IMG/VR virus record: IMGVR_UViG_3300017746_000002
Coordinates: 32,001 to 96,000 of that record
DNA: 64,000 bases
Direction: 5' to 3' (one strand)
Source of the DNA: a virus
This document shows, in pieces, positions 60,301 to 64,000 of the stretch (positions are counted from its first letter, which is position 1; each line of letters begins with the position of its first letter). The translations under genes were made by a program, and so were the position numbers. Under the pieces are notes generated by a model, which saw only the letters and a program-made list of their open reading frames with translations, did not search any database and was not told the DNA's origin.

Positions 60301-61077
60301 ATTTGCACTTGGACCTGAAGGTATATAAGGACCAGTTTGTGTTAAAAAATACCCTGGATTGCTATTAATTGGTTCATTTTGTCTTGTTGTTACACCAATG
60401 TTATAATATAAATCTGTACAGCCATTACAATTAGGATCTCCTGGCATAGCCGTAATGGTACCTACAGGAATATCTCCATATGTAGCTTGAGTAATAAAAG
60501 GACCTGTTGGAACTCCAGCACCATTATTATATGTTGCTTCATCTACAACTTCAATAATTTCAAAAGTAAAATAAAAAGATGCTCTAGCTGCTCCATTTAC
60601 TATTGGTAACCAAGTTACATCTTCTGAATCAAAAACATAAGTCATTTGTTTTCCTACTTCCCACATTTGCGGATTAGGAGCACTTGCAGCCATGTCAGAA
60701 TTAAGATAATCATTCTGACTAAAAAATGCAGTATATGAAGCAGAAGTAGGCTGACCGCCACCTAGAGCTCCGTCACATTGGAATAATGGAGATGACCAAC
60801 CAGAACCACCACTATCTTCCATTGGAACACCTGATCCTGCTAGATAATTAGTAAAACCTACAGGTCCAACATTAAGTTCATTTATATTAAAAAGAGGTGT
60901 CCAACTAGTTCCAACTTGACCAGGATTATCTGGTGTCCATCTCGCAGACCCAACAGTAACTAATCTAACTATAACAGCATAACCGTTACCTGTAGTAACA
61001 GTATTACCTAATCCATTTAAATATGTTTGGCTAACACTATGTGGATTTCTTAAACTATTAAATGGAGTGATTGGCAT
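51334..61077 (-). CDS. Giant Cys-rich modular adhesin/fibre-like protein (3247 aa)
   Basis: About 19 GC[TM]DxxAxN[YF]...(DDGSC) repeats, one SprB-type repeat, a vWA-like segment and other internally repeated domains, located in the structural module. Confidence 0.7.
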   Translation of the reverse strand: MPITPFNSLRNPHSVSQTYLNGLGNTVTTGNGYAVIVRLVTVGSARWTPDNPGQVGTSWTPLFNINELNVGPVGFTNYLAGSGVPMEDSGGSGWSSPLFQCDGALGGGQPTSASYTAFFSQNDYLNSDMAASAPNPQMWEVGKQMTYVFDSEDVTWLPIVNGAARASFYFTFEIIEVVDEATYNNGAGVPTGPFITQATYGDIPVGTITAMPGDPNCNGCTDLYYNIGVTTRQNEPINSNPGYFLTQTGPYIPSGPSANISINTINDPLSVPFSYPFTVLGVPTAGASPTINSTHANVSYGMTPGWYLGSLFTICQRACLTCRDPYALNYDKSTSPVWDPTFSVPPPGNASTSLFQAIEQNFGSPQRDCVGAGQFPYESIISTPDGPSTIWNYEPKDNNCCLYKIENGSGSGGGCKPENPRCGCMDINAANFCPVCTEDCLDVTAGSDTSCCEYYHMWEICGAHGNYIPAFNSGINGFAGAIANPPYPVLFNLTGNNSNSGNISQVNSPATNQEFLDYVEAFQGAPVGGLAIGDRIQMRSMGMVSDWWCLEYKGPQPNNAAFYDNLAGGTGTNSSQHWRSHDWWNTPPATTGTLDLLMDPDCFSCTNPGQANPSYREYTVCDGPHAGEIINVINSWATDPVDHFLNNNPGNPNLWTFANEIGLVKPNMSCTTCQNGVSWMLLGETLEVTFSGVKYCLEYSGASTNPRGADAGGWVEGIGPGTDNFIKVDPQDPLDLQNIWDNCNDCNIVVIDPCTPFCTDPSSPNYFPGPYPLNACDCNGNSLPSNQAAGWNSCCDENPCDGLCNDPLANNYDPNATGCCGLGLGIGTPIDKNIAGNCDNSDTIVAGQYSTASFHQYLSTQANSLTSITVDTIQYENMDSVWFGVPTPPGTCVGPNGGYMTSFALGDGYVPHSSIQASINPGDPGKIYQQWDDLITQCITIGVTGVTTQTTFDELNILLTAWNPNGAGIPVEITPPTNVFCQCTYATYAQNNECCTYNWECSRELPEFGLNWPIQDSKSIQSNVKTQYNKKFGLHITNINPRPESTFNHIDDTGYIFPGLAYLNVPLRLSNFRNLGLHFNNNDGSQGWAGGKQPKLTYTNKYPEEWSFAYSFMQAITDGTITNGNTIDLSQAYYKVKTNMISLEGNFLNKKAKVITTTIPGGTSETGLYYYIIPAGAITIPKQFKSVFPTIAGIKFNTWKSFYKELLNYNLPTSATTWESVSKWVIEEVEKAPGLIGHGHKAAPEFASEDIQWMVQATGDCLCYEDPSGSYSTQIECQTTLTNPTNGDSNCCACVYGCTDPTANNYDPLASCDDGSCQNCDPFVIRFCSDMAMGNEMYYRAYLGDPGDPQTCANSQALITAWGLQNFWDIVGVNYVHDGVTYVYCVQWVDTSIQYYQDWLALNGPNPTAQFFPTLASTAGNFVYTPNNPTVNSDAQCQFCFGVGGCTDPNALNFNKNCAGATVSPTFDDGCCTYCVYGCMDSTTLTNGFPDINGYDNTAIYNCAVSTTVPTIGNLCPYPCTAGYLNSNYNPCVTCDDGTCEKPEFHKWSACSGDPAGEFTLVAPGATNTDIFAQHDFWINVGSPAIGQTINTVDGAGRICYEYKGTSAATVSAPGFPMPQMSIWEFNEIWNTNCASCVCIYGCTDPTMCNYDASATCDDGSCCNETGCLDPQAFNYCATCCCEGPCEAVKEGCMDSTANNYDPTANTACASCCDYTVYGCTDINAINFDPTATINATSATDPTDPCKYLDQCKRAPREFGSDPTKKLNIECEFASDVYKEYRKERYGLSNYCGSDLPDHLHEKQLCDWEDTKRPAYLSSTIEVLATYEYPIVEGEPDWLDPTRPAWTSKNCGLISDVDIDIYFMYDCTSMGIAAIQQQRNAADDWINGFAIPFAGEVYHVLVCGERWVDWATTIFTGNWNNAGTCGGKDSFCVVNSVAADHGACINSGRADAVAPTDMSVTSKFWAPMAWGNINNKTWYSSAPLGYDNGTITHFGYPPALTKREVLGVFFADESATLDGTGSDAQPYHVEGCAVNACTTTWPMATDGTGTNATDSVLTACYKADYDKYIEKYKEHLAKGPLHKATMVIYPAKPLVTPAPSHRAFPLHALAAVDSGNNDPQDGRYAAGTAPTNSLVNLVNIETGNPYWDATNPNQPSSHTYGYGGLDNYGWRANVGSGTFNSSLFKADLEKYWDPNKLKCDGSECIVVNVVNQNNVAIPDYAIYVDGGFEGKTDEFGRLKFQIENAAIKTNHIINFCLCLETKGNCRQQQIKIVVNEECAPECCVDPTGVSCETYVSPTQVIEGCTDPNSSNYNSMATVDDGTCLYCDPAIIIAEAHINASAAGVNDGNITAIASNGTIPYTYSWTGPSGYTATTAAITSLAGGIYTLTVTDARNCTATITINLDQPPLIYGCMDSAAGIWPNINGLNQSGAVCTYPCTSDGTLTGTPEGYKYFCYNPDATDPDTCCEAGCTDPNAVTGPQGYCASCTHDCNMEPIGTNNAGWDSCCDLCENGCMDPIAGNYDPNATCDDNSCIYYWDCDEAGYDINEITQYNYTLSNLNNTGIYVDTTCPGGFCDIDGFYFTLADYYSAVGNTGLTPNLEVTAVANTTGTSNFGSFSSMTACPLTELMPGFPQASDYPLLTIEGFTTENPYGPTGSASCYAQLQIAQYGAGYVFPTWDAYVNWHNGAGGPNQTCAGSQIPIILSGQDYSYVVQFHYNINGSANMYNPDPEDNFVYYKGHEPQCTGYTDCECNRVLTASDNGGQPGTHPTEQDCEDAINCCGEQPVEIGGCIDDGYVDQHPDFGTYGAVTVDNWWINAANAAGISYSQQVPCENGIVAHELVINGGSGTVGTGVPNFYQYGIPALNYDPNATYDDGSCCYCTGCMDATDVNYEFSACFDNPDLCGGSGGGQMLGCMDPAALTYDVNADTHQPDACTYAGCMDSNASNFMSFEVNGLVSYEWGGNPGYYYNSTDIVASCTSCCAAPPAYFECTAIPFSNPCFDGSGAIGHALTNSSGNGGDFSSRHELSRSYQLTQFTNSCQTMSYAMTDWNDNQSAVYAWSNAISGSLEEYANDWFFWSATNSSFGCAWSSAQINTVYTNMNYQSPAGTSGFNIGSGSSGSMVQESHAKPMIISAMAIYDSDSNGQGQLWYRDYNTSTLSWGELRSELINTYGFDGTGGKPNITGLDARQVEDLLSANSTNWEQIWVGFCSAACTLDVHNVCLPSPIGTMYSSCAACESGTGCACGGC

Positions 61078-61080
61078 TTT

Positions 61081-61227
61081 TTACTTTTTATCCTTTGTTG
61101 TAATTTTTATATCATAATCTGCCTTACATGTTTTATGAACCATTTTTCCATCAATACCAGCTATCTTTTGACAGCCGCATGAAAAAGCAGTTCCACAATG
61201 TGCACAGATATTTGTTTGATTACTCAT
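61081..61227 (-). CDS. Small putative Zn-binding protein (48 aa)
   Basis: Not in the ORF track. MSNQTNICAHCGTAFSCGCQKIAGIDGKMVHKTCKADYDIKITTKDKK* has CxxC-x5-CxC...HxxC and fills the gap, with its stop 3 bp before the giant gene start. Confidence 0.7.
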   Translation of the reverse strand: MSNQTNICAHCGTAFSCGCQKIAGIDGKMVHKTCKADYDIKITTKDKK

Positions 61228-61247
61228 AATCTTTTGGTTTTATTGGT

Positions 61248-61793
61248 TTAACAAATATTGCAATTAATCTTTTCTAACTTTCTTTTAGCATAATTATATA
61301 GCTCCATTCCTTTTACAGGGCTACCACAATATTCAACTTGTGATTTTGCTGCGTCAATAAGAGTTCTAATATCATACATTTGTCTAAGCACACCATCTCT
61401 ATCAGATGATGGACTGCACTTATCTATATCTAGTTTACATAATTTTTCATAATATAACTTCATTATAGCTGTAGTTCTTAAGTGATTATATTCTACATAT
61501 ACTTTATCACTAGGTGCTATACCATATCTAATAATATATACTCCATCTTGTAAATTAGTTCTTTCTGAATTACATGTTGTTGTTTGTAATTTTAATGCAC
61601 ATCCAGTTATTGATAAATCAAAACCTGGCTTAACTTCTATTTGTGAAGGTGCATTCCATCCTGGAGGGGTTATTGCTAAATCACCACAATCTGTTCCAAG
61701 GTTATCTGAGTACTGACTTGTATCTTTTATTACTAGAATTTCAGAGTTGGCTACATCTAGTACTTCAAGACTTAATATGTGTTTGGCCGCCAT
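61248..61793 (-). CDS. Conserved crAss-like structural protein (181 aa)
   Basis: Motifs IKDTSQY, LAITPPG and LQDGVYIIRY are followed by a helical C-terminus. It lies downstream of the capsid-associated gene. Confidence 0.5.
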   Translation of the reverse strand: MAAKHILSLEVLDVANSEILVIKDTSQYSDNLGTDCGDLAITPPGWNAPSQIEVKPGFDLSITGCALKLQTTTCNSERTNLQDGVYIIRYGIAPSDKVYVEYNHLRTTAIMKLYYEKLCKLDIDKCSPSSDRDGVLRQMYDIRTLIDAAKSQVEYCGSPVKGMELYNYAKRKLEKINCNIC

Positions 61794-61819
61794 GTTATAT
61801 TATTAGATTACTATGTATT

Positions 61820-61833
61820 AATAATATACAAAA
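61820..61833 (-). promoter_or_regulatory. Variant of recurring promoter motif (TTTTGTATATTATT)
   Basis: It lies between the terminator at 61853-61890 and the 181-aa gene start. Confidence 0.45.
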
Positions 61834-61852
61834 TAAAATAGATATAAAAAAC

Positions 61853-61890
61853 AAAAAAGGAGGAGAACTTAATGTCTCCCCCCTTTTTTT
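61853..61890. terminator. Intrinsic terminator (potentially bidirectional)
   Basis: A6-GGAGGAGA-loop-TCTCCCCCC-T7, 25 bp downstream of the 419-aa gene. Confidence 0.75.
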
Positions 61891-61915
61891 GAATGTTAGC
61901 TATATACTAAGACTA

Positions 61916-63175
61916 CTAGCTTTGCGTACAACCTGCAGCACCTCCTTGACCAGAGCCATTACAAGTGTATGCGTAATCATCTTTAGAAAGATTAGTTGCA
62001 GTTAATGCAAGATTATCCCAAATAACTTCAGTAGCTGTAATTAAAGCAGCATTACCACATGGAACAGCAACAGCAACTACGTATTGATCATTATCAAATA
62101 CTCCAGTTGGGTTGTTGAATCTAGGCACAGTGTGCTGAATATAGAACCATCTGTATGTTGCACGTCTTCCTTTTCCTGCTGTAGTAGTAACTGGGAATTC
62201 AGCAGATAATAAAGCTCCACCTTCAATTTCTCTAAATCTTGCAGAGTCTTTGTTACCTTGATTCCATCCACCATCTTGTCTGTAACGTCCATCTAAAATG
62301 ATTTCTCTTAATACTGACTCTCCTAATGTTTCAGCAGGAGTTCTTGTAATAAAAGCAGTAACGTTAGGAAATGCAGTACCAGCAGCAACTCCTACAGTAG
62401 TTCCGTCAGTAGTAGTACCGTAAGTAACACAAGTACTAGCACAAGGATCTCCTTCAGCAGATAATAATGATACACCTAAGTCAAGAGTTTCATGACCATA
62501 AGCATCTCTAGTATCAAATGAACAGTTATCAAATACAGTTTCAGAAGGACATAAAGTAATCTTTAATGTATTAGTTGTTGCTACAGCAGTAATAAAGTCA
62601 GCCATATTAGAAGCATCTCTATTAATTGCGGCAGCCCAAGCTCCTGCAACATTAGCTCCAGTGTAGTATCCACCAGCTGGACAACATCCAGTCATGTCTG
62701 CTACAAAGTAAGCATTTCTATTTAAAGCTTTCATTACTTCAGAACCTTTAATATCTATACGAATTTGAGGATGTCCTGTTCCATCAGTACCTGCAACTAA
62801 TGCATTTGAAGGATCACAATCATAACAATCATCTGGAATTGTTAATGTAATTGTTGGACATTTTGCCGCATTACAGCATGAAGACCAAAGCTTAGTAATG
62901 TATTGAGGCTTAATAATTTTAGATTTGATACTTTCAGAATAACCACCATGAAGAGGGTTATTACCTAATGTATCAGTTTGATTGTAATTACCTTGAACAA
63001 TCATAATGTCTCCAGCGTAAGTTGTTGCTGCAGCAGGGTTTAATGTTTGATACGTACATGCATCAACAATACCCATTTGACCAGCAGTCAATGTAGCTGT
63101 AGACGCAGCTGCTTGTTTCCAGCCGTCACCTTGCGCAAGCATGGCTTTTTTGTAAGCGTGGTTAAAATAACTCAT
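61916..63175 (-). CDS. Putative abundant capsid-associated (auxiliary/decoration) protein
   Basis: 419 aa, Ala/Thr/Gly/Cys-rich, with C-terminal HTVPRFNNPTGVFDNDQY. Its own promoter motif and terminator suggest high expression, and its position matches the crAss-like capsid module. Confidence 0.5.
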   Translation of the reverse strand: MSYFNHAYKKAMLAQGDGWKQAAASTATLTAGQMGIVDACTYQTLNPAAATTYAGDIMIVQGNYNQTDTLGNNPLHGGYSESIKSKIIKPQYITKLWSSCCNAAKCPTITLTIPDDCYDCDPSNALVAGTDGTGHPQIRIDIKGSEVMKALNRNAYFVADMTGCCPAGGYYTGANVAGAWAAAINRDASNMADFITAVATTNTLKITLCPSETVFDNCSFDTRDAYGHETLDLGVSLLSAEGDPCASTCVTYGTTTDGTTVGVAAGTAFPNVTAFITRTPAETLGESVLREIILDGRYRQDGGWNQGNKDSARFREIEGGALLSAEFPVTTTAGKGRRATYRWFYIQHTVPRFNNPTGVFDNDQYVVAVAVPCGNAALITATEVIWDNLALTATNLSKDDYAYTCNGSGQGGAAGCTQS

Positions 63176-63251
63176 TTTTTTATGCCCCTTTATTTATTCA
63201 GAGGACTTTTTTTAATTAACATACAATGCGTACCTTCGTGGTACACCCAAT

Positions 63252-63261
63252 TATAATATAA
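63252..63261 (-). promoter_or_regulatory. Variant of recurring promoter motif (TTATATTATA)
   Basis: 76 bp upstream of the 419-aa gene, immediately 5' of a hairpin. Confidence 0.35.
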
Positions 63262-63287
63262 GACTTTTATTTAAATTAAACAAGTCT

Positions 63288-63989
63288 TTAATTATTTTTT
63301 TCTGCAGATTGTGCTCCTCTAATTGCTTGATTTACAGCATCAATGTCACCTGCAACAATTGAAACAGCATCATCAATAATTACTTCAACAATATCATCTT
63401 TAAATTCTGGAGCAACATCTGCTAAAGATGTGGTTTCCGTATATGGATCAACACATCCTATTATTTCTATATTTCTTGGCTTTCTATAAAAAGTAAGAGA
63501 AGGATTGATTACATTAAAATCTCTTCTAAATATTTTTACTGAATCATTAGTAAGAGTGCAATAAGTTTCACCCCAATCAAAGTCAGGTCTTTTTAACTCA
63601 TCTCTCATTAATAAATCAATATTAGCTTCCTCTGCTAAATAGACTGTCATTGATCTTGGATCTTCACAACATTCATTTGTAGCTTCAGTACTAACTCTCT
63701 TATATTCTAAATAATTAGTAGGCCAATTATTTGATTGGAAATGATCATTAAATGCAGTACCAACTAATGTTTGCGTTGTAAGAAGGATCTGAAGATCATC
63801 AATACGTCTCTTTGACATCTCATCTCCTTCTTTCATTGCATTAGTACCATGTAATTGTCTTCTACACCATTCAATTTGTGCTTTATTAAAAGCTTCAACA
63901 ATTTGCCAGCATTCTATATTATCATAGTCATTACTAGCTAATTTATTTAACCTTTGTCTAAATTTTATTTGAATAGTGCCTACATTCAT
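63288..63989 (-). CDS. Ring/head-tail adaptor-like protein (crAss-like)
   Basis: 233 aa. N-terminal FRQRLNKLAS...AFNKAQ and C-terminal FYRKP...EVIIDDAV resemble crAss-like ring proteins. Confidence 0.55.
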   Translation of the reverse strand: MNVGTIQIKFRQRLNKLASNDYDNIECWQIVEAFNKAQIEWCRRQLHGTNAMKEGDEMSKRRIDDLQILLTTQTLVGTAFNDHFQSNNWPTNYLEYKRVSTEATNECCEDPRSMTVYLAEEANIDLLMRDELKRPDFDWGETYCTLTNDSVKIFRRDFNVINPSLTFYRKPRNIEIIGCVDPYTETTSLADVAPEFKDDIVEVIIDDAVSIVAGDIDAVNQAIRGAQSAEKNN

Positions 63990-64000
63990 AATTACTCATT

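Noticed and set aside
51334-61077. Repeats as a CRISPR array or diversity-generating retroelement
   Set aside because: The repeats are degenerate at DNA level, irregularly spaced and in frame. I saw no cas gene, reverse transcriptase or template/variable repeat pair in the window.
672-63256. Numerous short ORFs antisense to, or out of frame within, the long genes (e.g. 672..938, 3593..3940, 13832..14149, 17060..17431, 61643..62005)
   Set aside because: They overlap well-supported genes entirely or mostly, many have non-ATG starts, and their compositions are typical of shadow ORFs.
1-64000. Stop-codon reassignment (TAG or TGA), known in some crAss-like phages
   Set aside because: Very long ORFs are intact under the standard code, and several genes end at TAG with a sensible next gene or spacer following.
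63992-64000. Probable 3' end of an upstream minus-strand gene (...N-E-stop)
   Set aside because: Only three codons are visible, which is too little to call.

Overview
An AT-rich, densely coding segment of a large bacteriophage genome, most consistent with an environmental crAss-like (Crassvirales-related, Bacteroidota/Flavobacteria-infecting) podovirus using the standard genetic code. Almost all genes lie on the minus strand and form the virion module. In transcription order these are: ring/adaptor and capsid-associated proteins; a 3247-aa Cys-rich adhesin-like protein; a metallophosphoesterase; an IHF-like protein; ring proteins; a 2408-aa tail stabilisation (muzzle-like) protein; three low-complexity proteins sharing a 'xGGxLPxYQxxG' motif; a 1123-aa protein; a 5257-aa virion RNA polymerase polyprotein (DFDID motif); an 1809-aa cargo protein; and a stand-alone SET-domain protein. 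A short plus-strand operon (class II RNR, thioredoxin, GT-A glycosyltransferase-like protein) interrupts this, and holin-like genes lie at the left end. I saw no tRNA, rRNA, CRISPR array or transposon. The most notable signals are enzyme-like and apparently degenerate domains in the cargo proteins (zincin, NADAR-like, PD-(D/E)XK-like), the SET gene coupled to that operon, the shared cargo motif, and the modular Cys-rich giant protein carrying a host-type SprB repeat. All family assignments come from motif recognition by eye, not from database searches.
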